From Klebsormidium nitens (lineage: Eukaryota; Plantae; Klebsormidiophyceae): DNA of 64,000 nt. How positions within the stretch are numbered: the stretch's first letter is position 1; each line of letters starts with the position of its first letter. This document shows positions 1 through 17,084 of this stretch, one piece after another. The stretch covers positions 4,216-68,215 of the forward strand of contig DF237445.1 in the NCBI GenBank assembly GCA_000708835.1. The letters are read 5' to 3'. Both the position numbers and the translations under genes were made by a program. Below the pieces are notes generated by a model. The model searched no databases and had not been told where the DNA came from. It saw only the letters and a program-made list of their open reading frames with translations.

Positions 1-74
1 AGGTTCGAGTTTGATTTCTATCAGTATCCGTCCTGCTCCCGACCCTTTTATAATTGGCACTCCCGTTTCTGCAG

Positions 75-3000
75 ATCAGGGTGCGCTGGCGGCATGGGGC
101 GAGGGCGACCAGGGCCAATTGGGCCACCGGGATGCCATGGGGTCCACCGCACCTGTGCAGCCCAAGATAGTGAAGGGCACACGCGAGCTCCGTTTTGTGA
201 GGGTCGCCTGCGGGGCGGCACACACACTGGCGCTGACAGGTAAGTTGTTCCCACATCTCATTCAATGGAAATTTCTTGGTGTGTCCTCAAGATGCTTAGA
301 GAAATGGCAAGTTTCATTACAAACTTGACTCTGCGCACTCCCTTTGACGCGTAGAAGTTATGATCCGTTGAGGTCCCTCCGGAACAGGAGAGTGTTTCGA
401 GGTCATGGGGGTCACAAACGGTGTAATCGTAGTATCTGCTGTGTGGTTGGGAAGGGATGGCTAGATGAGAGCCATGTTTTGTTGCGTGCAGGAAGCGGCG
501 AGGTATATTCTTTTGGGCAGGGTCAACTGGGCGCGCTAGGTCATGGGGATCTGGAAACCAAGCCTACTCCAACGCTGGTAGACTCTCTGTGGGGGTTGGC
601 AATCGTACAGGTGAGCAGAGACAAGGCCTCCTTGCGAGAATCGGAGGCCACTGGTAGAGCTCGTGTTAGGAAAGGCATGATGATGTGCTCAGAAGCATGG
701 AGTGGAAGCGAGGGGGCTAAGCCGGGGCCTGCGACTGGGACGTCGGTCGATCCTATACGCATTGGAAAGGAGGCGACGTGTTTAACATTAACAGGGTGGG
801 GGGCGAGGGGAAGCGGAAAAGATAGGTCTGCAAAGAACCTGCTACCAACGTGTCTCATACGCTTGAGAGTAGTATTCCCCGATTTCGTTGAGGCGTCTGC
901 GTACTCAAGCCTGGACACCCATAGCCTTGCCCTGGTCCCATCGAAGATTATCTCATGACCTGGTCAAGAAGCGCGGGGTTCGGTGATGGCAACCGGAATG
1001 AGCTAACACCCCCTTTCGGGTTCCACAGGTTGCTGCTGGCGAGAACCACAGCGCGGCCCTCACAGTAGACGGACAAGTGAGACGCTTCTTCCTGTCCGAG
1101 ACTTTCTGCCAATAAGCCTGACGACTTGAAGCTCGAAATCCGACCAGGGTCGGATGACACCAAGTAGCGATTGTGGCCAGGGTTTGGTTGCATCTGCACC
1201 AGGACGTCTGGCCGATGGTCCATTGATGACGTCCGTGCAATCATCTACTTCTCGATGGCGTCAGTTGGATCCAATCACTCCGCCAATTCTCATATTGGGA
1301 CGGAATTGTTACGGTCAGTCTGGAGACAGCAAGGAGGGCACTCACTTGCATCTTGACGAAGTTATTTGGGTTCTGAATCATTCCTTCGTTGCTCTGCAGA
1401 TATTCACGTGGGGACGGAACAAGTACGGTCAGCTGGGGCACAGTGACGGGGGCACGATTTGCCGGCCCACGCGGCTGAACGGGCTCTCGAACGAGGGGGT
1501 AGTGCACGTGGCATGCGGTGGCGACCATACGCTAGCAATCACCAGGAAGGGGGAGCTGTATACGGTGAGTGTTTGACCTTCGAACGAACGGCTGCTGCAA
1601 ATGTTATCTCTAGGTTGCGACTGGAAGTCTCTCTTTGCCATTCCAGCGGACGTACGGCGCAGAATCTCAAGAAGAGTGTCAGGCTGTGTCATGAAGCCGC
1701 TTGGATTCTAGAGTCCACCTTCAGAAAGTACTGCAGAGTAGTAGGACGAGCCAAGTTGTAGGCAACACCGACTTGTCGTCAAATGCCGCAGTCGCAAGTG
1801 CCGTTTACTATCCTGTTCTCTTCCACCAACGGGCTCTACTTGCTGTCTGCAGTGGGGCCGTGGACGATGGGGCCAGTGCGGCCACGGGACCACGGACGAC
1901 ACTTTCAGCCCCACTCTAGTTACCGGGCTGCCAAAGGGGGTGCGGGTGGCGCACGCGTCAGCGGGCACGCGGCACACGCTAGCGGTTCTGGAGAAGGGGG
2001 ACGTGTACGGCTGGGGGGACGGGGAGCTGTGCCAGCTGGGGCCGGGGGTCTCGTGAGTCTCGCTCTAATTGGGCCGTTTCTTCGGGTATTCAAAGTAAAG
2101 GAATCAAGGCGCTGTGCATAAGTTTATGAGATTGAGGAGTGGGTCAGTTGGTCACTCTATTCGCATGTGGGGGCGCTGCTCGGTGTGGAGGTATTTTGGA
2201 AGCGCATTAACAACTTTGCAAAGTTGTTGTTTTGCCAATCTGCGAGGAGTTGGATCAATGTCCTGCGGTCCTGCTGCAACGATGTATCCGTCTGCATTAC
2301 AGACGTGGATGCTATTTGGGAAAGTTCTAGCAACAGACCGTCTCTGTTGAAACAGGTCTCGTTCTATTCTCGAGATTTGGCGGTATAGGACAGGATGGCC
2401 TCCAAATCCTGAGGAAATATGCTCTTTGCTGATCGTCCATGATCGACCTTACGTGCTTCCCCAGGGGCGTACAAACGACTCCGGTGAAGTTGCAAGGTCT
2501 GCCGCAGGACAAGCGGCTGCTATTTCTTGTGGCCGGTGGGGACCACAACATCGCCGTGTTCAGCCAATCACAACAACCCGACAAGACCGTTGACTTGGAA
2601 GTGGTCCTAGAAGAGGTAGCAGAGCGGTCAGAGAGGTAAGATACTTGGACGCGCTTTGGTACCCTGTGACGAGGTTTGGAGCCAGTCAGTAGACTCGCGC
2701 CAAATTTTTCTTTCTGTCTTTTTGATACGTAGATGAGCTGGTTCTAAGAGGAAACATCTCATCCGTTTGTTTGTCATTGCCATCGACTGACCTTCGAGGA
2801 TCGGAACAACGGAGTTTGCGGTCTCTGTTAAGGAGCATTTTGATTGATACTAAGCATTGTCCGGGGCTCGGGTGACTTGCGAAAGGGCTCTGCTCCTGTG
2901 GGCGAGGACAACCATCTTGTGTAGCCTTTCACGGGGTTTAACGTACGTCGTTCCTCTTCAGACCACACGACGGTGCCGAACCAATGGACACCAGTGAACA

Positions 3001-6000
3001 CCCGACGACTGACGCTCAGCCAGAACCCACCCCTTCGACGGAATCCACTCGGCCAGCGGAATCTGCTCCTCCTTCGGAACCGTCTTCCGAACCCGCAGCG
3101 GCAAGGAGCTCTTCCTCTGACGACCGATTTGCGGTGGCGCCGTTCGAGCAGCCGCGGCCGTTAGAGCACCACGGGGCGGGGCTGCGACCAATCACGATGC
3201 CGCCCCTGCTGCAGATGCTGGAGGTGAGACTATCGGTGCCGTCGAAATCCGGGTTTTGGGTTTGAAGACCTGAAGTTCAGTTTTTGGCGATGGAAGATGT
3301 TGGGTTTTGGAAAGACACTTCGCTTCACTTTTGCTAGTGTATGCCTGGGTGAGACGCTGGTTTGGCGGGCACTTTGTGGTTGTTACACACTTCTCTGGAA
3401 CGAGCAAATGTCTGTAAGAAGGATGACCGAGCCCGGTCTGCTGTCGCCGTTTCTTCGTGCTCGGAAGTTGTTTCACAAGCGGTTGATCTGTCGCTGTCAG
3501 TGCGTGACCAGTCCAGCTTGAACCAGAATGACTTCCGGGATGTCTTTGGATCCTTTTCGCAAAGGCGTTCAATTGTTCATATTTCTTCACCTGAAAGCCG
3601 TTCTGTCGGTACAGTGGTAGAAGCTCGAGAAGCATGTTCAAGTGCCGAATCGGCTCAAACCGCGGCTTACCTGTTTGGTGACGCATCGGATCCTTTGCCA
3701 GTGGATACACCGTTGCACGCGCTGCAGTCAAGCAGTCGGGCCGTTAGTCGACCATTTCGTCAACGCTCCTGATACCTACCTGTACCCTATACGGAGCGCA
3801 TATCTCTTCCTTTTACCAAGTTCATGCGATGTTAGTCACCCACTCTTCCCCGAGGGTGCAAAAAGTCAAGCACGGAGGAGTTACACCCGTTTTCTGGTTC
3901 CTCTACGCAGGCTGACATCAAACCCGGTCGCGAAATGTCCATCCTAGGCAACGCGATCGAAGACTTTTTCTCTTCGGGGGGGTTCCTTGAGTTTGGCTTC
4001 CGGGAGCATGGGCCCCCCCAGCCCGAAGCCAGCACGTCGGGGAGGGACAGCGAAACACCGCCGGTTGACGTGGAGGCGATTAAACGGGTGTACGACAGGA
4101 TACTCAAACTGTACGATACAGAGGTGAGGGCCACGCGCGAACGCGTTTCTTCTTCCCCAGTGTCTTCAGCACGTCAAAAAGCGTCTAGTACTTTTTTCAG
4201 TGTCGAAGTACAGTCTAAATTGAGTCGCTTCAACTTGTCCTCAAGAGGGACGGTCGACAGAGCCGCTTCCCCGCTCTTCCCGAGAAGCTGCAAAGGGCAC
4301 ATCTCCTTCCGGGAAGTTGAGGGGTCCATCAAGTCTTCAGTAAGTTTCAGCCATTTGATTCAGGGAATGAAGGGGGCAGAGTGTTGCTCTCGTATCTCGA
4401 CTTCGAGCATCTCTGTAGCCTCTTTTGACGCGAGCGTAACGTCAGCTGCTGTGGGTGGTTTGCAGATGATACAAAGACTGGGCAACAGCACGGTGCGGCT
4501 TCTCGACGGATTGGCGGCGCACGCGGCCACAGTCCCCTCCGAACGATGGGCCAAGGTGAGCCGGGGTTGGTGGAGAATCTCCATACTTCCGGATTGTCTT
4601 CGTGCTGCATGCCGTGGATGCTGTTCTGGGAAACAGAAGAAACTTGTTCAAGAGCTGCAGCTCTTTTTGCGGAATGGTTTGGCACTGGCCGGTCGATTCT
4701 GGAGGAACTTCTGCGGTGTAAAGCAGTGGCACAGGACGGCAGATGAAACCAGGCGGACGCATGATCGGCCGTCCTTGACCTGCCGCTTGTCGTATCTTAG
4801 CCGACTATTATACTGGGAGTCGTTGAAACCAGAGGATTCCCAACGTGTGCAGCCAAAAGCGAGCTCCTGCCATCATGAGCTGCCTTCAACGTTTTTGCGC
4901 TGCTCAGTCTTGTCAAAGTGCGGCCGTTCCTTCTTGCAGATACCGCTGATTCTCATGCAAAGCCCGCTTCTAGGGATGAAAGGGTGAGTCGAACATGGAA
5001 GTTTCAAGCCCACACATCTGCGCGTCTCATGCTCTATCTCAGTTGCCACGCTTGTATGTTGCATCGGGTTCTTTCAATATGCTAGTAGAAAGACCGATTA
5101 AAGTGCTCGAAAGCAGCCTCCGTCACAAGAAAGCCGGACATTAATGTACGCGTCATCCTTGCAACTCGTAAAGCGCGAACTTCCCGAGTGCATCGTCTAC
5201 GAACGGGGGTGTAGGACCTTGAATTATTCTCTCAAAGATCTAAGGAAGCGCTCTGATGCATGCGGCGCTGATAGACAGTCTTTGACTTCTCCGTGCGCTG
5301 TGCTGCGCAGTCTCGGGGACCTCTCCTCCCGCCTCTTCGGTCTTATCGCCCAGCTTCCTCACGAGGTGCATTTCGCGTACGTCCGTTGGTTCCGGACGTA
5401 TCCAAAGGACATCTTCGCCGGACGCTTTGTGCGGAGCGCAAAGAACTACATAGATACAAAGTGAGATGCGCGGCTGGGCTTTACCAACGTGGGCTGGTTG
5501 AAGCATCCTTTCGTCGTCTGCATAGGAATCTGTAAGAAATCTGTGTAGTCTGCGTCCTTTGAGTCGTGTAATTCTCTTAGCAATCTACGTCTCAAATCGA
5601 TGCTCAGCTTGATTGAATTGGTCGATGATTCTGTGTCTAGCGTTGTCCCTTGGGGACCCTAGATTAAGCCAAAACTTTTCCAGGCGGCCTTAATGGTTGC
5701 GATCAAAACTTGGACATTTTTGCCTCATTCCCGAGACTCTTTCCACTTGCCGTCCCTTTTCCATTTACCAATCCCTCTTTCTCCTCACCCGCAGGCAAAA
5801 CATGATTGCCGCCAGCGAGCCCCCCGCCGACGACATAGCAGCCGCAGTAATGGTCCTTCGGCTTCTGTACAAAGCGAACACGCTAGGGGGGCGGCCTGAG
5901 ATCCTGCCGTATGCAGACTTCCACAGCATAACGGTCAGCCAGAAAGCCGCGCTGCGCGAGGAGTACCGTCGGTGGCGCCAGGTCGAGGGGGCGCCCGTCT

Positions 6001-9000
6001 CGAGGACCAAGCGGCTCGTCTCTTACTGCCAGGCACGTGCCTCCGTTCCTCCTGTTACTATCCCTAGATTGACTCGGTTTTCGACAAAGTGCTCGTTTGG
6101 TGGCTAACCTTGAAGGACGGGTTTGTTAAACCTTTCTAGGTGTCTGGTCAGAGTCGAAGGATGGCTTCTCACCGCATCGAGAATCGAAATGATCATTCTA
6201 CAGGCGTCGACAAACTTTTAAACTATTTCAGAACAGCCCGGGTGCCCACCGCCCGATCTACTTGCACCTTGACCAAGTTCCTCAGGGGCTCCACCGTGTT
6301 GCCCGACCTGGCCCCTCCTCTGGCACAGCCGAGATGTCTCTTCAATCAGGGATAGGAAGCTCTAGGTATAGTATAGTAAGCACCTAGTCTAACACTCAAA
6401 ATCCAACCCTCAGAATCACTCGCACCGCACCCGTACCCACGCTAAACCCCCAGCCTAACCCCACCCGTCCCAGGCTGGTTAGCTTACTAAACCTAAAGCT
6501 TATCTAGACCTAAATGAAAGTCTTATACAGCTGAGCACCTTTTACAGCTTTCGAGACTGCTTCGAGATCTTTCTCTGGAGACTGACGTCAGCTATTTGTG
6601 CCGAGCAGGTGCCGTGGCTGCTGACCCCCGAAGCCAAGAGCGAAGTGCTGCAGGGGGAGGCCAATCTGCAGAAGACACGGGAGCTGCACAATTGGCAGCT
6701 GGGCCAGATCTTCGGGGGCAACAGCGCGCCTTTCCTCATCCTCCAGGTAACAGACAGTCTGAGCGTTACCTTCGTTCCTAGAAAGCGGGCAAGTTATCTT
6801 TGAAGATTATCTGTCCGATTCGAAGAGCGTGCATGAATGCGGGGTTCAGTCTGGCATGCAGCAGTTGGTGTGACGCCTCTGGTATACGTGCGAGGTGATG
6901 ATTCTGGATAAATAAATGTCGAGGTGCTTATTGTTCTGGCACCGCCCGCTGAAGCGCCTCGAGCCAGGTCTTTCGAACGCCACTCACAAGTAAAGCCCGT
7001 TTCCCCCAAGTCTCGGGAGATGCCCTGGCCTGGCGGAAAGTTTTAGAGGTGTTCAACCGTTGGAGTCTTCGTTCCCGTTCCCGCAGGTGCGGCGGAGCCA
7101 CATTGTGCCGGACGCGCTGGCGCAGCTGGGCCACCACACGTTCGACCTGAAGAAGCCGCTCAAGGTGGTGTTTGTTGGCGAGGAGGCCATTGATGAAGGG
7201 GGGGTCACCAAGGAGTTCTTCCAGCTCGTCGTGAGTGCAAGCTCTATTTGTGCTCCCAACCCCGACATCTGCTGGAAAGTCGGTGTAGTTACTTTCTGGA
7301 TGAGAATCTTAATGATATCTATGCCGTAGCTGCCCTTCTGCCCCCAGTGACCTGAGGTTTGCTTGAGTACGTTGTGTTGTCCGGCGTGTTCTGTTCTAGC
7401 TTTCTTCGGTCCTTATGGAGGAGAGGCACCGATTGCAGGTTCAGGAAGACGTTGTCCTTTTAAAACATGGTTTAAGCTAGCACCGAGTAGAGTCCTCTTT
7501 CAACAGCTGCCCAGCAGACAAGCCGCCCAGAGCTGTTTTCCGCCGAAACTTTCTGATTGTATTCCGACCCTCCTCGTGTTCAAGTTTCGCAGCCTTTGAT
7601 CCTCTTTCTAAAATGGCCTTGACAAGAAGAGCAAGCGGAGGAAAGAAGACGTCTCCTTTTCCCAGGTGCGCGAGCTGTTCGACGTGCGCTTCGGCATGTT
7701 CACCTACGACGACGAGAGCCGCGAGTTCTGGTTCTCGCAAACGTCCATGGAGTCCGAATCCGAGTTTCACTTAGTGGGCATCATTCTGGGGCTTGCCATC
7801 TACAACAGTGTGATCCTCGACGTGCACCTGCCGCTAGTGGTCTACAAAAAGCTGCTGGGCGGGAAGCCGACGCTAGAGGATTTGAAGGACGCGCGGCCCG
7901 CCGTGGGGCGCAGCCTGCAGAAGCTGCTCGACTTCGAGGGGGATGTCGAGAGCGCTTTCGGGCTTGATTTCCAGGTGAGGGATTTTTAGATTTGTGATTC
8001 AGGTCTTTGTGGTTCCGGCAACTGAGGGGTCGACTCAAGGCCGAAGGAATTTGGCTTTGGAGTTCTGGTGAAGCTGGATCCAGGGGAATATGCTGCAAAA
8101 GCTCCAGAGCCTGTTGAAAATGCGAAGACGTGAACTTGGGCGTGAAGCAGCCCATGGAGTGAATTGTAGGCGGCTGGGCCACAGTAAATGCAAGGATAAG
8201 AAAATCTGGCGCTGAGCGGTTTCGTCGAAGCGGATTACGTCCTTCCAAACCGCACGTAACATCTTGCCTCCAGAGTGGTTGATCGCGGGTGGCAAATATG
8301 CAGGTGTAGCCGTGTCGATGTCTTTAACGGAGCGCTCTTCTTTGATCGACAGGTGTCGTACGAGAACTTTGGTGCCGAGGTAATCCATGACCTGATAACC
8401 AACGGCGGCCAGACCCCCGTCACCAACGCAAACAGGCAACAGTAAGCGATCCCTGGGCTCCAACAACCCCTCACGTGCAGAACGCCCCTAATTAGTCAAA
8501 CTCTTATTTCCGCCTTGCCATCCGTCGAGCTGAGCAACGCCTTCGTCGATCCTGCCGTCCCCACCTGCTATGGATCTGCTTGTGGCGCTCTATGAACCAG
8601 GTCTCCATGAACGCAACAATTGTTTCCAGACCTCTATCATAGGAGTCATTCATTTGCAGCTCGCACGAGGCCCCGCAACACGACTGCTGGATTTTTCCTG
8701 AGCCTCTTCTCATTCTGAATATTTCTTTGTCGTTCTTCCAGATACGTGGAGCTTTACGTCAAGTACGTGCTCGAGGAGTCGATCCAGACGCAGTTCGACG
8801 CCTTCCGCAGAGGGTTCCTCCAGGCACGTGACGCCTACCCCTCACTTGCCGTTGCCTTTGCAAATCGCTGGCCCGTTCCTTCAGCAGAGATGCGTTCCTA
8901 CTCCAAGGAACTCCTCTGCCAAAGCGTTACCCTTCGTGTGCAACATCTTACGTCATCATTTGCGTATGTCTCTTCGACCGGAGTTGCGTGGCAACGCTCA

Positions 9001-10753
9001 CAACCTGATCTGTACCTGCTACGCTCTGCTTACTATGCGCCTGCTCGTTCGCCTCCAAAAGTGGCGACCGAAAGCTGGGTGATCGACGTTCTGGTCGCCA
9101 TTAAGCTAACCTCCGATCGTCTCTTCCAGGTATGTGGCGGCCCCGCCCTGAGTCTGTTCCGCCACGAGGAGCTGGAGCTACTCGTCTGCGGACTGCCGCA
9201 CTTCGACTTCGACGTGAGCTCCGCTTCCTAGCCTTGGCAGGGGGCGGGCAATTGTCGTTGATGATCCCAGCTTCGCACTTTGGCAGACTCCGATTTTGAT
9301 ATGCTTTGAGTTACTTACCCCAGAAACGATCTTTGACGTTGCGTTGGTATGTGAAAAAGGCATTGCGGCGAGGCGAGCACCCTCCCTCCGTAATCCTGAA
9401 CGACCTTTGCAGTGGTTCTTGTCACGATTGTCTGTCTTCTTAAAACTTGCTGATACCTCAGGCTTCAAAGTTGCATTGATTGACTGACCTTGTTTGGTTC
9501 CCGGCAGGCTCTGTCCAAGGAGGCGCGCTACGAGGCGGGCTTCACCAAGGACAGCCCCGTCATCAAATGGTTCTGGGAGCTGGTAAGCGGCCACGTCGGC
9601 CTCAATCCGCAAAGCCTTGAGCGCCAACTGGGCACACTCTTCAAGAACGAAACAACTGGCAGATCGACGCGCAATAACTGGTCTCAGCATCCAGTGTCAG
9701 CCCCACGATCCAATCTGGACGTGCTTGGGAGCACATTGAGAACCCTTTGACTCACGCTCAACAGTAGCATACAAGAATTGAGTCAATTAGCCAGTAAAGT
9801 TGAGAGGTACCAAACTGGCTAACACCTACAAAAGGCACAACAGAAAGCCCGTAACGAAGGATGGGGTTGATGATCCCCCTTGCGTATGTCTTGGCAGCAC
9901 GTGGGCAGGACATGTGTCCACCAACAATTGGTCAATGGAAGCGAAGCCCTTAGCGAAAAGCAAGCGGATCGATGCTTGGTTACCAGCACGTTTATGCACC
10001 CCGGCCCGATGGTCTTGGAATCTGTACCCTGCAACAATCCGGATCTTCCTTTCCATGAACCTTTCTCGCCCCTCTCCCAATATCAGGTGAAGGCCATGTC
10101 GCTGGACGAGAAGAAGAAGCTGCTCTTCTTCACCACGGGGTCCAGCCGAGCGCCCATCGGCGGACTCTCAGAGCTCCGCTTTGTCGTTCAGCGGATGGGA
10201 CCCGACACGGACAGGTCAGCGCAGCAGGTTCTTGTTGCTGAAGGATCTTCAAAATGTGTGTGCCGATTGGTCCGTCCGGTTGCAATGATGGAAGGTTCAA
10301 TCTGAGGCGCGTTGCCTGCCTAGTTGAGGTTAAATTTTGCCGTTGAACTTCTGGGGTGCTGGGGTGACCTTCTTGGCAGGTGCTAGGAGCGGTGAGTGCG
10401 ACTTCCCTTGTCTCTGAATCAATTCCGAATTTCGGTGGTGACATTCGGCAAATGTAAGGGTTGCCGTATTGAACAATGTCAAACCAATGCTGATTATCCC
10501 GCCTTCGCATCCACCTCCTTACCTGATCGTGGTCGTGGACGCATGTAGAACTTCGACGACATCGAGTTGCAGGCGATTCTCAACCTAGTTTGTAATCAAC
10601 ATTTTCCTTGACCAGGTTTGTGTGTTGCGCAGGCTGCCCACCGCGCACACGTGCTTCAACGTGCTGCTGCTGCCCGAGTACGCCACCAAGGAGAAGTTGG
10701 CCGACCGGCTTCACCTCGCCATCAAGAACGCCGAGGGCTTCGGCCTGCAATGA
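75..10753 (+). CDS. HERC-type E3 ubiquitin ligase (RCC1 repeats + C-terminal HECT domain); 5' end lies outside the window
   Basis: 21 exons reconstructed: 75-239, 492-610, 1029-1076, 1400-1564, 1853-2052, 2465-2635, 2962-3223, 3911-4123, 4466-4555, 4940-4983, 5311-5460, 5795-6032, 6609-6746, 7087-7230, 7666-7974, 8353-8441, 8742-8823, 9130-9213, 9508-9582, 10087-10214, 10633-10753. RCC1 repeats: [11 protein letters not shown]...[24 protein letters not shown]...[15 protein letters not shown] motifs: [15 protein letters not shown], catalytic [10 protein letters not shown] and the C-terminal EGFGLQ*. Confidence 0.95.
6365..6493. mobile_element. MITE-like non-autonomous element, copy 1 (in HERC intron 6033-6608)
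   Basis: 129 bp, flanked by TA on both sides (6363-64, 6494-95). Imperfect terminal inverted repeats GGTATAGTATAGTAAGC / GCTTACTAAACC. The core CGCACCCGTACCCAC..CTAA..CCCC..CTAACCCCACCCGTCCCAGGCTGG is shared with 62829-62955. Confidence 0.7.
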
Positions 10754-12062
10754 CACACGCCCCACTCTGCTGCTCCACGTGGCTTGTGCATGAGGGAAAC
10801 GCAGGTGGGGAGCGCAAGAGTAGGTGCATGGATTCGAACGGAAGGGTATTTTATAGAGCATGGTGTATAGTAAGATAGTGTGAGACCGAATACCTCTCGC
10901 TGAGCTCTAAGATGATGAAAAGCTTGCTGCCACCCGAAAGCAATAAGGTTCTCTAAACGAATGGAAACCAGGTAACAGGCTACTGTGCAAGTTCAATGTG
11001 TGAAAGCAATTGGCATCGACTTTGAGGCATCATGCAACTTTGCACTCTAACCATTGAGGCAGCTTGATTGGTCGGACGATATTTTCATTAGGCGGTGACG
11101 ATCAGCCGTCTCTCAGTTGCCTGCATGCGATCATGGACAGGCAATCTCCAAGGAGCATGAATCATTCCAGTCAAAGTTTGCAATCAAGCGCGGCGGCTTC
11201 AATGCAAATCAATCACTGAGCTTGAGCATAGTCACGATCGAATAAGGTACAATTATTCACTTAATTATCAAAAGTGGCACCGCGGCACACCATGCAAACA
11301 CGATATAGGTAGCAATTCTTTCATGCATCACGTGGCTAGTAAGGCATAGAATTTAAAATCATGTACGTAGAATATGGCACATGTGCGGGCCGCGCCACAC
11401 GCCAACACACACATGTTGAATGTACCATACTAACGCATGGCCGTCTGTCATCTCCCATCAGTCTACACTGACAGCCGCACGGCCGCACTACGTTTGACTC
11501 AAGGCTACTGAGCTATAGGTGGCTATGTACCTGCGCATGCACGCAGTGCACTGTTCATTAGAATCCAATCATTTGAAAAGCAATCGCATTCACTGAGCCT
11601 ATACGTATACAGAAGCGTCATGCAGATCATTGAGTCACCTGCAGCAAATCATCGTATTGCTCCTGCATACATGCGCGCGTACATGAGCGCATGCAAACCC
11701 TGTTGCTCCACGACGGGTCGCTGCCCTCATCATGACGACCAGCGCAAAGATTGAGCGGCATGGCCGTTACGGCTAGTCATATGTACCCCACGTCCCACAT
11801 GCGCTGTTCTGCCCATTAGCCCTGCTTGCAGCTGCTGGCTAAGTAGGAGCGGCACAGAATATTAAGTGCATTCTGATTGACGGTATCCAACTTGAATGAT
11901 CTCTGCAAGAGGATGCGAAAACGCACATGGGCACATGCCTACTATCTTTAACCGAGCGGAAGAATCGAAGTCAATTTCGCAATCGCGTTGCACCTCTACA
12001 AACACTGAGAGGTATCAAAACTCTATCTTGGCCAGGCAACCAGACCAAGCAACTTTACAAGC

Positions 12063-16661
<4,599 letters not shown>

Positions 16662-17084
16662 GACTCCCTCGAACAGGGCACTACTGCTACCTCTCTGGCA
16701 AACCTTTCAACGAGGAATCCTTAGCTGCGACCCCCTGATTCTGTTTGAAGCAGGCGCTCAGAAGATTCTCTGAACGTACCAAAGTTTGAGCAGCCTCTGC
16801 ACAAGTTCAAATTTGGTTCATTCAAGGCACAAGATTAGAACACATGCAGGCAAACAGAAACCCTAATTTCTTGAATTTCAGAAAGGCTGAGTTCTTGAAC
16901 TGCGACAGGAGACTTTTATTGATGTCAGCTGGGTACCTTTTCCGATATTCAAGTGGGCCTGTATCATTATTCTTCCGAAAAATGCGCTTGAAGGTACAGT
17001 TAATTTTATTCTTGGAGCATATTGCCCGTGCGTTGCCCTTCAAGTTCTCCATCGCACTTGCTGCAATTCCTTCCACAGCCCCCA

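Noticed and set aside
2-12. GGTTCGAGT, resembling a tRNA T-loop / B box
   Set aside because: No cloverleaf can be built downstream; the sequence lies in an intron truncated by the window edge.
3192-3772. Overlapping ORFs (179 aa minus, 136 aa plus) inside a HERC intron
   Set aside because: No domain signal and no splice sites that fit the HERC frame.
6440-6465. CTAAACCCC/CTAACCCC telomere-like words
   Set aside because: Only isolated words inside the MITE-like element, not a tandem telomeric array.
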